From positions 1,382,691 to 1,446,690 of the forward strand of contig ML996689.1 of NCBI GenBank assembly GCA_010356995.1: 64,000 nt of DNA, given 5' to 3'. The stretch is from Trichodelitschia bisporula. Lineage: Eukaryota. Positions 21,984-33,000 of the stretch are shown here, piece by piece. A program made the translations under genes and the position numbers. Below the pieces are notes generated by a model. The model was not told the origin of the DNA and ran no database searches. It saw nothing but the letters and a program-made list of their open reading frames with translations. Position 1 is the stretch's first letter. The number at the start of each line of letters is the position of its first letter.

Positions 21984-24900
21984 ATGGCTCCCTCGCGCGT
22001 TTCCAAACGCCCATCTGATGCCACCCGCTCCTCGGAAGATACAGTCATGACAAACGCTCCAGCTGTCGCTGAAGGCCCTTCTACTGTTTTACGCGTAAGT
22101 CCCTGGCTCCCCGCAAGGCGTGCGCGGCTGGTGGGGAGGAAGCGTTACGCGCCGCGACTCCACGCCCACCCCCCCGCGGCCTTTCGTATTCAAATCTAAC
22201 TCGCTTTCCAGCCGGATGTGCTTGACACGCCGGATTATACGGTATTTTCTGGCCTTTTGGTCCCACTCTCCCATATATCCCTAACCGTCCTTAGGACTCC
22301 GACACGAACCCCAATACTACTGCTAGCAGTGTTAATGGAGAGATCGCTGCTGACGGTCGTACGCGGCGTGCGCAGGAGACTCAGCTGCGCAAAACCGTAC
22401 TTGGCCGGAAGCACAGCCGCTTGAACGAGTCAAAGGTACGTGGCCGTCGCGTCTTTACGTTGCTCGAATGCATTTTTTTCGCGCGCTAACTGCTTCCTCC
22501 CACCACAGGAGGATGATACCATTCGTCGCTTCCGCTATCTTCTCGGTCTTACCGATCTCTTCCGCCATTTCATCAAGTCGAACCCCGCGACGCGCGAAAT
22601 CCTTGCCGAAATTGATCGCCAGGACCAGGAAGAAGAGGCCAAGCGCAAGAAGGGCCATGCCCGCAAGGGTGGAGCCGAAAATGAGCGCCGTCGTCGTACT
22701 GAACAAGAGGAGGATGCTGAACTGATTCGGGACGAGAAGCACGGCCCCAGGAATGAGACAATCTTCCGGGAATCTCCTGGCTTCATCCAGGGTGGGACGA
22801 TGCGCGACTACCAAGTGGCTGGCTTGAATTGGCTTATCTCTCTGCACGAGAACGGTATCTCTGGTATTCTGGCGGATGAGATGGGTCTTGGAAAGACTCT
22901 GCAGACGATATCCTTCATCGGCTATCTCCGCTTCATTTGCGACACCAACGGTCCCCACTTGGTCGTTGTTCCGAAATCGACACTTGACAACTGGTTCAGA
23001 GAGTTTTCGCGCTGGATTCCGGAGATCAACATTCTGGTTCTCCAAGGCGCTAAGGATGAGCGCGCTGCTCTCATAAATGATCGTCTCATCGACCAAAAGT
23101 TCGACGTCTGCATCACAAGCTACGAAATGATCCTGCGCGAGAAGTCGCATCTCAAGAAATTCGCTTGGGAATACATCATTATCGACGAAGCTCATCGCAT
23201 CAAGAACGAAGAGTCCTCACTGGCCCAGATTGTACGCACTTTCAACTCGCGGAACCGGCTCCTCATCACCGGAACGCCTCTCCAGAACAATCTCCATGAG
23301 CTTTGGGCTCTGCTCAACTTCCTGCTCCCCGACGTCTTCGGCGACTCAGAAGCCTTTGACCGCTGGTTTGAAGAGCGTGAGGACTCGGAAGAAGTAGTTG
23401 TACAGCAACTTCACCGCGTTCTGCGTCCCTTCTTGCTGCGTCGCGTCAAGAGCGATGTCGAGAAGAGCCTTCTACCGAAGAAGGAGGTTAACCTGTTCGT
23501 TGGCATGTCAGACATGCAAGTCAAGTGGTATCGCAAGATTCTTGAGAAGGATATCGACGCCGTCAACGGAGCTGGTGGCAAGAAAGAGTCCAAGACGCGT
23601 TTGCTCAACATTGTGATGCAGCTGCGCAAATGTTGCAATCATCCTTACCTGTTCGAGGGTGCTGAACCCGGTCCTCCATTCACTACGGATGAGCATCTGG
23701 TGGACAATTCCGCAAAGATGGTCGTACTGGACAAGCTTCTGAAGCGCATGAAGGCGGCCGGCAGCCGTGTTCTCATTTTCTCTCAGATGAGCAGAGTTCT
23801 GGATATCCTCGAGGACTACTCTGTCTTTCGTAACTACCAGTACTGCCGTATCGATGGATCGACTGCTCACGAGGATCGCATTGCCGCTATCGACGAATAC
23901 AACAAGGAGGGGTCTGAGAAGTTCCTCTTTCTGCTCACCACTCGCGCCGGCGGGCTCGGTATCAACCTGACCAGCGCAGACATAGTCGTTCTCTTTGACT
24001 CCGACTGGAACCCTCAGGCAGATCTTCAGGCCATGGACCGCGCTCATCGCATTGGCCAGACGAAGCAAGTTCATGTCTACCGGTTCATCACCGAAAATGC
24101 GATTGAAGAAAAAGTTCTGGAGCGCGCAGCTCAAAAGCTTCGTCTTGATCAGTTAATCATTCAGCAAGGACGCGCACAGCAAGCTCAGGGCAAGGCCACG
24201 TCCAAGGATGAGCTCCTGACGATGATTCAGCATGGCGCTGAGAAGGTTTTCCAGGAGAGCGCTGCTGCTCCCTCTGCATTGTCCGACGACGACATCGATG
24301 CTATCCTTCGACGTGGCGAGGAGCGTACGCTGGAACTTAACTCCAAGTACGAAAAGCTAGGCATCGACGAGCTTCAGACGTTTAAGTCGGACTCGGCGTA
24401 CGAATGGAATGGAGAGAGCTTTGTTCCCGCCAAAAAGGACAACATCGGTCTGAACTGGATCAATCCTGCGAAGCGCGAGCGCAAGGAGCAGTCCTACTCC
24501 ATGGACAAATACTATCGGAACGCTCTTGCTACTGGCGGCCGGACCGCAGAAACTCGGCAGCGAATCCCGCGTGCTCCCAAGCAGGTCACCATACACGACT
24601 ACCAGTTTTTTCCGGATGGTCTTCAGGAGCTCCAGGATAAGGAGACGGCCTACTACCGCAAGGAAAACAACATCAAGGCGCCCTTACCAGATAGTCCTGA
24701 AGATGATATGGATGTCCGTGTTGCCGATCAGGAACTCGCCCAACAGGAAATCGACAATGCCGAGCCGATTACCGACGCTGAGCGCGACAAGAAGGAGCGT
24801 CTGATTAAACAGGGGTTCCCTGACTGGAATCGTCGCGACTTTCAACAATTCATCAACGGGAGCGCGAAGTACGGTCGCCATAACTACGAAGGTATTGCCG

Positions 24901-25661
24901 AGGAAGTCGACGGTAAATCTGCCGATGAGATCAAGCTATATGCCAAGGCGTTCTGGAAGAAGCACAAGGAGATCTCGGGCTGGGAGCGGCACATCAACGT
25001 AATCGAGGAGGGCGAAGAGCGTACCCGCAAGATCGAGCAGCAGCGCAAACTGCTCCGCAGCAAACTCCTTCAGTACCGTGTGCCCCTTCAGCAGATGAAG
25101 ATCAACTACTCCGTCTCAACCACGAACAAGAAGGTATACACGGAGGAGGAAGACCGCTTTCTGCTTGTCATGCTTGACAAGTACGGTATTGACAGTGAAG
25201 GGATCTACGAAAAGATCCGTGAGGAGATTCGTGAATCCCCTCTCTTCCGCTTCGACTGGTTCTTCCTGAGCCGCACACCCGTCGAGATCTCCCGCCGCTG
25301 CGCAACACTGCTTACGACTGTTGTCCGTGAGTTCGACACTGGTGACAGCAAGATCACCAATGGCAAGCGCAAGGTTGGTGAGGAAGAAGAGGACGAAGAA
25401 GAGGAGGAGCCCGTCAAGAAGCGTGCCAAGAACGGCATCCAGGTAAGCGCCGAAATATATTTGCAGGCAATGGACTGCGCTAACTTGGCCCCTCAGAACA
25501 AGCAACTGGCGAACCTTAAGGGCGACTCAAAGGCGGGCTCAAAGGCGAGCTCCAAGGGCGGCAGCAAGCGTACGTCGGCTGCCACTTCTAGGGCTGAGAG
25601 CGTCGCTTCCAGTGGCACCCCTGCTCCGAGCAAGTCGAAGTCTAAGAGCCGGAAGCACTGA
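21984..25661 (+). CDS. ISW2: ISWI chromatin-remodelling ATPase
   Basis: SNF2 motifs [36 protein letters not shown], and a C-terminal HAND-SANT-SLIDE region. Introns 22095-22211, 22242-22294, 22436-22508, 25443-25496. Confidence 0.95.
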
Positions 25662-26549
25662 CTCTGACTTGCATCTTTACGGGATGGCATGGCGTATCGG
25701 GAGTTGACGGCTGGATTGGTAGGCGAAATGGGTGGCATTTTTGCGGATTGATCGCGGCCTGGCTGCGTTATGGCGAATCATGACGGCCGGTTTTCACTTC
25801 CTCATACCTAGATAGTCGACACGCGGTATACGAAGATGTAAACATAACCCGGTAGACAAGGCGCTGGCACGAGGGCAGACGGTATCAAACACAAGTAGTG
25901 AAATTTCGGCATCGAATGCTTCGAGTGATAGAAAGGATGGTGTTCCAATTGTTTAGAAGCTGTCATTACGGTACTATTAGAGCACTTCGTGCTGGCCTTC
26001 GCCATACCGTTTCCTAGTCCATGCCGAAGCGAGTTCCTGTTCTTCAGTTAGCAGATGATGCAAGCTATCGCAATGGAAAGGCTTGGACATGAGCACAATC
26101 AGGTAGTAATTTTATCATTCAATGAGATCAACGTCTCTCCGTCCCGTCTTGAAACATTTTTTTTGACTGAGATTCATCATGGAAGTAGATGTGGAGTAGA
26201 AAAGAAGGCATACTCACAGGAAGCTGGCCTGCATCAATCTGCAGTCGCTGCAGTTGAAAGCTTACGGCGATAGATTGACATATAGCTAGTAAGAGGAATG
26301 GCTTCAGATAATCAGTTTGCTTGCGCAAGCCACCAGCAATGTTTTGGCCTCAAGAATACAAAGTGCGAGGGAATGCGAGGGAGTTGAGTTTTCGCGCTCC
26401 GAATCGATGGTCATGCACTATGGTCTGTGCGCCAGCCGCTAATAATGCCAAGCCCACGGAGCAGCACAAGCGAACTTGAATCCATTTTCAACATTCTCTT
26501 CTCCACACCACAACTCAAGCCTCTTTGTCTCTCTTCGAATACCGCAAAA

Positions 26550-27309
26550 ATGGGTGGTGTCAACGTTCGCGACGTCGATGTGAGTGATGCATTCGGGCAC
26601 ACATGCTTGAGTTGTTTCTAACCTTCCCGCTAGGCGGCGAAGTTCATTGAGGCTTATGGTAAATATCATCCCCGCATACAATTTTGTGTTTGAACTTCAG
26701 CTAACGCTGCGACAGCCGACTTCCTGAAGCGTCAGGGCCGTCTGCCCATCCCAGGTCCGTAGGCCCAACATCCCCTCTGTTTGAATCCCGTCGCTGGGGG
26801 ATATTTGTACACCAGAGCCAGTCCCGCTGACCTTTGGTGTCTTTGTCTGCAAACAGCTTGGGTAGATACCGTCAAGACTTCGCACGCGAAGGAGCTCCCC
26901 CCCCAGAACCCGGACTGGTCAGTGGATTGTTCCCAGGACACTTTACCAGAACCTGACAGGTGCAGGTTCTACGTCCGCGCTGCCGCAGTCGCTCGTCACG
27001 TCTACCTCCGCAAGACCGTTGGTGTTGGCCGCCTGCGCAAGGTGCACGGTGGTACCAAGAACCGCGGCTCGCGCCCCAGTCACCACGTCGATGCGTCTGG
27101 CTCTGTCGACCGCAAGGTCATGCAGTCGCTTGAGAAGATCGGTGTGCTCGAGAAGGACGAAGAGAAGGGTGGTCGTCGCATTACTCAGAGTGGCCAGCGT
27201 GATCTGGACCGTAAGTTCTCATTGTGGCTGCTAGCTGGAGTGAGGTTAACGTGTGCTAGGGATCGCCATGGCTACGATTGCTTCCGATGAAGAGGAGGAT
27301 GAGGAGTAG
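26550..27309 (+). CDS. RPS19: 40S ribosomal protein S19 (eS19)
   Basis: MGGVNVRDVD/AAKFIEAY/ADFLKRQGRLPIP/AWVDTVKT..PDW/FYVRAAAVARHVYLRK..GQRDLDR/IA. Introns 26580-26633, 26659-26715, 26755-26856, 26918-26965, 27211-27259. Confidence 0.97.
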
Positions 27310-27939
27310 ACGGGGGTGCTCGGGATCACAAAAGGATCTTGCATTTAAAGCGCCGTTGGCTGTGAAGTCCAGATCATGGGTGAGGTAACGGCAATCGGCG
27401 TTTGGCTTTCTCAGTAGAGCGCTACGAATGATATCTTGAGATCTGAGTTCTATTGTCCGTGCTAGTATGCCCTGTACAACAGCTTGCTTTTATGATGTAG
27501 TAGGAACCGATATGAAAAGGTTGACTTTCGGAATGGATGGTAATGCTGCACCAAAGTGAAAGCAAGTTGCAAGTTCTTTAGTAGCCTCTCAGTTCTATGT
27601 CGGCAACAAATTCCACATGCAACTCACTGTTCACAATAATCAAGTCATTAGAAGAGGACGTTAGACGCCTAGATATGTGGAAAGAAAGTGAAGAGTGGTT
27701 GAAATTATTCTTCGATTCAGTCAATCTTCATTGCACAGCTCTTGCCCAGCCGGCTGCGGACATGGGTATGGTATCCAGCTACAAAGCGGGATTTTAAGCT
27801 CGACCACAGCTTCCCAGCCGACAGTCGATCACGATCCAGCTAGCGAAATCACAGACCTTCCTCCCTTGAAAGAACACGCCAAAACACCCCCGACCTTGCG
27901 TCCCAGAACCCCCAGGATGCGACCGTTGCACCAGACGAC

Positions 27940-28872
27940 CTAAGAAAACTTCCAGCGGTTGCCGCAGTTGAGACACTCGCAGAACGTCGTCATGGGTTCG
28001 TCGGCGCTACGGGTCTGGGCCTGTGAGTATGAAACCTTCTTCTGCTGGCATTTACCACAAGTAAGCTCGGCGCTGACAGACTTCTCGACCTGCGCAACCA
28101 TGGCCTTGTCCATGTTCTCTTTGGAGAACTTAGCCTCCTCCGCCCGACGCTCCTCGCTCTTCAGTTCATCGTGCGTCATAACCACGAAGCGCTCGGGAGG
28201 GATGTCTCCCGTGAATACGCGGATGCGCAGCTTGTTGCTCGACTTGTTCTTGAGGTTCATATAAAGTGAGCGCATTTTGGTCTTGTATGGTTCCGAGGTC
28301 TCAGGTTGATACTTCTTGAACGCCGCGCCCTCAACCTGAATTGCGACGCGGAGGATTTCATCGGGAGCTGCACGGCGTTAGTATATATATGTATAAGAGT
28401 CCGCGAAGCGCGAAGAACACCCACCTTCTTCCGACATGAAGGCGATTCCATCGTACATGAGCTTGACGCAACTGTCTCGAATGGCATTGCCGGTGACCTT
28501 GATATCCACATTGTCGGCCTTGGTGTTGCGCTTCTCGGGAGGGACGGACAGCTTCGTCTTCGACTTGGGAGCCGACGCCGGCTGAGCAGCCGGAGCAGCC
28601 GGAGCGGGAGAGTTGGAGGACTTCTTCCTAACCTCGCGGCGCCACTTGGACACCACTTCATCAGCCAGTTTGGCTACCGCGGGGTCCTTGTGCTGCTTGA
28701 GGCGATTGACAACCATGCCGATCTTCGTGGAGCGCAGGAGTTCCTCAGATGGCTGAACTCCAGCATGAAGCTTGTCTAGCAGCGTTGTGATCATTGGCGA
28801 GCTGTTTCCTTCAGCAACGGCCTTGCTGATGTCGCGGCCGATCCGCTCAACCTCTTTCGCTTCCATCGGCAT
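27940..28872 (-). CDS. DST1: Transcription elongation factor TFIIS
   Basis: N-terminal LLRSTKIG..VSKWR domain and C-terminal Zn ribbon CGKC..QTRSADEPMTTFCECLNCGNRWKFS. Intron 28424-28368. Confidence 0.96.
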
Positions 28873-28876
28873 TTTC

Positions 28877-28925
28877 GCGGTTTCCGGGGAGGAATGCGGT
28901 TTCCGGGGGGGAATGCGGTTTCCGG
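28877..28925 (-). repeat. Three copies of CCGGAAACCGC at 19-nt spacing in the TFIIS leader
   Basis: GCGGTTTCCGG on the + strand at 28877, 28896 and 28915. The last copy ends 4 nt before the ATG. Confidence 0.85.
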
Positions 28926-29318
28926 TGTAAGAGGTAGCTGTCACGAACAAGTTCTTCGCCCGAGGGAAATTACTCGCGTGCGAGGGGGCGGGGGAGGTGG
29001 AATGGAGAGCAGAGCCTTGTCGTGGGATTCTCGAGGGACTGGTTGCGAAAGGCAGGAAGTCGTCTGCGCGGTTGCGGCTTTCATCTGTGGCGTCAAACTG
29101 TGGCACAAGGTGTGGCTAGTGCATGCCAATGTTCAGGGAAACAGTGCACGGGCCCTCGAAACACGTCGATCGCCCGATGAGCCGCAAATGCCCCATTACG
29201 ATACGCGACTCCACGTCCACCTCCGACTACCACCCTTACATTTTGCGCGGTTGGACCTCCGGTATCAGCATCAACCCATCACGGATCTCCAGGCACATCG
29301 TCCAACACCCGTAGGGCG

Positions 29319-30004
29319 ATGTCTGAGAACGCCCATCCACAGCCAAATGCCGACTCCGCGCGGCCGCTCCCAAATCCTGACTCCACGCGGGGCTTCCCAT
29401 ACTATGAGAAGCTGCGGCGCGACTTGCGCGAGACGCTGAAAAAGAAGCGGGAACTAGACCAGCAAATTGTGAGGCCTTTCGTACATTCGTCCAGGAGCCT
29501 CTGACAAGGCTGGATATAGGCACGCCAGGACGAGAATATCTACAAGCTTGAGACCCAGTACCTCGAGGAGGCGACTGCCGGCAATATTGTCAAGGGATTT
29601 GAGAACTATATCAAAGGCGGGGCTGGAGGTGGTGGAGGCGGAGCTGGGGCTGGCGCTTCGGCGCGTCGTAAAGGGCAGATCAACGAAGCTGATCGGATCT
29701 TCAGTCGTACCTCTATGAAGAACCTGAGGGTAAGCTCTGCTTCAAGTGCCCTTTGGGCATATAGTTTCTTAAGGGAGTGAGCTCACACGTTTGCTTGCAG
29801 GATTCTCCAACGCCTTCCTCCGGCCCGCAATCCCATGCCGCAACCCCCGCTTCCAGCTTCCCACTCAGCGCCCGAGAGAGTAATCACCCTACACCCTCCA
29901 GCAACGGCACCAGGACGGCGCAAGGCAAGAAGAAGAAGGCCTCCGACGACGACGAGGACACCAAATCTGTGAAGCGGGGCAAAATCACTTACGGCCGCGA
30001 ATAA
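29319..30004 (+). CDS. EAF6: NuA4 histone acetyltransferase subunit Eaf6
   Basis: PYYEKLRRDLRETLKKKRELD, IYKLETQYLEE..GNIVKGFENYIKG, ADRIFSRTS. Introns 29469-29519 and 29730-29800. Confidence 0.92.
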
Positions 30005-33000
30005 CCTGTCGCATTACTACATCAGGCTTTGGTCCGTTTGCTTTCGGCGTCTGCGGAGTAAGGAATGTCAAACGGTGCTGTATACCCTGGCTGTATTCTT
30101 CATAGATGAAATGACACAAGTCTCTTTGGACTCTTTTGCCGTTCGCGCTTGCTTTCTTACTGATGCGCAAACCGATCATCCTCGATCACCTCTCCCTTCC
30201 CAAGTTGCGGTAACTTGACGATTATGAACTGGTACCAGGTGATAGAGTGAGCCAAGTGGTCTCGATTCATGCTGATCTTCCGTTCTGCAGCGAATATCAT
30301 ACTTGGAACTGGTCTAGATCCGGTGATGCATCACAATGCGCGTCATGGCTATGAAATCCAAGGTCATATAAAGAGCTCTGAAGTCCTCGTTTCTCCTTTG
30401 ACAAAGAGAATCATCGACCTCACTTGCAATTTCTCTCACAGGACCCAGCGCAAGAGCGGCTCAGATACGGCAGCAACCAACGGAGCAATTGCATATGCGT
30501 CATTTCCCGCACTTCCCACTCTGGCTGTCGACATAAGCTCAAGGTACTCCCCTCTCCTGCCATTTGCGAGTACCTATTACCTGGCAGAACATATCCACCT
30601 GACGCCTCAATAGTCCACGAAAACTTTACCCCGCATGGTATCTCAGCAACCGGGTTAGTTCAGTCCGAGTCTGTTCGTGTGATCATATTTCATGGTTTGC
30701 CGCCCGTCCTCCAGTCCCGAAGCGGATGCGACGACGATCCACAGCATCCACAAACAAACGCCAAGAAGGCCATATCAAAGGCATCCCGCGCTCTGCCGGG
30801 AGCTACGATGAAGTCGGACTCAAGAAACCAAGACTTTGCCAATTCCACACCAAAGGAGTGTGGAGGAGCAATTTCATGTCCCGTCCAAGAAAGCAACAAG
30901 CCAAGAAACGGCCTTCAACACGAACGCCCAGCGCTGAGTGCGGCACAAAGCAGCCTCCACTCTTTTTTAGCACGTCGGCGGCGTCGAACTCCGCCTTGCA
31001 AGTCTGTTTCACCTCAATTTCGTGGTGGCTGCACTTGGCTCAAGCCTTCTCCTAAAGCCAACTTGTGAGATGCTAGACAAGCACTGAAGCCCGATTACGC
31101 CCCCATGCCGATCCGATGAGAACGATTGAGATGAGAGTCTTAATTTTCAACGACTCACCTTCAACATACTGAGTCCCAGGACGGCATGGAAGGCACAAGC
31201 TAACGATATGATGCTTGGCGATACTTTGCATCTCCTGGCAATTCTACAACACTTCAAAGTGTGGAGAAGACAGCAGAGCAACCCAGATCTTGGCATTGCT
31301 CATCAGCTTGCCGGCGGGCCGGCCGCTATCCCGTCCAGGGTGCCCCGTCACTCACGGCTGCCTCCTCCTTACCGTAAGAGGCAAAACGTCGTTGAGTCAC
31401 AGACAACGATCGCTCATTGGATGTACGGACGCCTGTCCCGGACGGATAGCATGCACAGTGACGCAAGGTGTGCTGCACGGACCACCGACTGGCATGTTTG
31501 ATATCTGCTTCCTAGCAACGCATTTCCACTCCCATCTCTGGATTGTGGACAGCCGGTCGACCTCAGGCCTTCTCCCTGAACGAGGCAGGGTCTAACTCGC
31601 AGTTTCAGAGAAACACTGACTTTGCGATAATGCACTGATGCAAAGTACTGTATTGTCCCAAGCGACAATACGGTAGAAAGAGGCCATGTACCGAATTAAT
31701 TGACCGAGAACACATGCCTTCGCATTGCCCCTCGGCGTGTCGACAAGCAGGTGTGCAATCGAGACGTTTCCCACAGGTCGTGCATTGCCAGCATGCGGCC
31801 CTGCCTCCGTGCGCACGCATCCAGCTTGGAGGGGACGGTGAGAGGTCAAGCATCGCCGCGGGATTCAAGTACCGTACATCCACCCTCGGGATTGCTCCGG
31901 CAGCCTTTTACGGAGAGGCAAGCCGCCTTGGGACGGCGCGCTCTGTTTAGCTGGAAGGCTTGAGACGAACAGAGCAAGTTGATTGCACACTACTAACCAA
32001 AGATTATGCCCTTCCTATTGTTTTGCTGCAGAGGAGCTGCAAGTCGTGCTCCGAGAACTTCCCAAAATATTTGGAGCGCTCTGTTTGGCCGGACAAATGC
32101 TGCCCTGCATGCCTTCTGTCGAGCGGTTAGCCAATTGCCGTGGTGCTGGGTATTTGCCACCCTCCTGACCTCCATCATTCAAGCTGCCCCCATGGTGGAG
32201 CGAAGCTGGGAGCAGGATTCGTGGAAGCTGCTCTGGTGAAGTTAAAAAGCAGGCGCAGCATGCGAAGATGAGCCCACGGGTCTCTAAAGAAGATCAGGCA
32301 CAGCAGGGCGACCCAATTGATGGGGGTATTGTCTGCTATCTCCTGCCGGTCAGGAATTCACAATCCCATGCCCCCCGGATTGAGAAACGATCCGCTGGAA
32401 GTGGGTTCATCAGGGTCCCTGTGATTGACGTCTCCCAAGGCGGACCTCGAGATTGGATGCCCTGAGGATCGCCTTGTCTTCTGGAAGACCTGAAGGTGCT
32501 CAAAAAGTGGGTCTGGAGCATAGCTGTGCAAGCTAATGTACATAGTTTCGTAAATATGGCCCAGGGATACCAGCGGTCGAATTGCAGTCACCCTTTGAGG
32601 GGCGCTTTATGGATCCCCAGGATTTTGCTCGGAGAACGGGGGAAGGGATGCACAGTATCAGGGAGGTGGATGCGACAGCACGTCTCGCCTCATGATACTG
32701 AGCGAGCAATGATACGCTGGTCAAGTCTGTGGGCAGTGAGGCAGCGGATGCATTGACATATAGGGTCTTGTAAGATTCCGAAGCGTCAATATCCAGCATC
32801 TTGCGCCCAGTCAAGCATTGGAAAGTCTGCGACGCTTGGCCATCACCATCCCCTGATCTACCGGAGTGACAGCCGCTGCCAGGCGCTTTGGTAGGCGGCA
32901 AAAGAAACGTGAGCGGATTCCGCAGACGCCTTGACGTCTGCAAGCCCAGGGGCGACTGGCAGAAGAAAAGATAGCAGAGTGGAAGAGACAAGGAGAATTC

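Noticed and set aside
26755..26856. H/ACA snoRNA in the RPS19 intron
   Set aside because: There is no ANANNA H box between the hairpins, and the only ACA is part of the 3' splice site, downstream of the branch point.
27597..27943. Small ORFs between RPS19 and TFIIS
   Set aside because: No motif, and they lie in a convergent 3'UTR/terminator zone.
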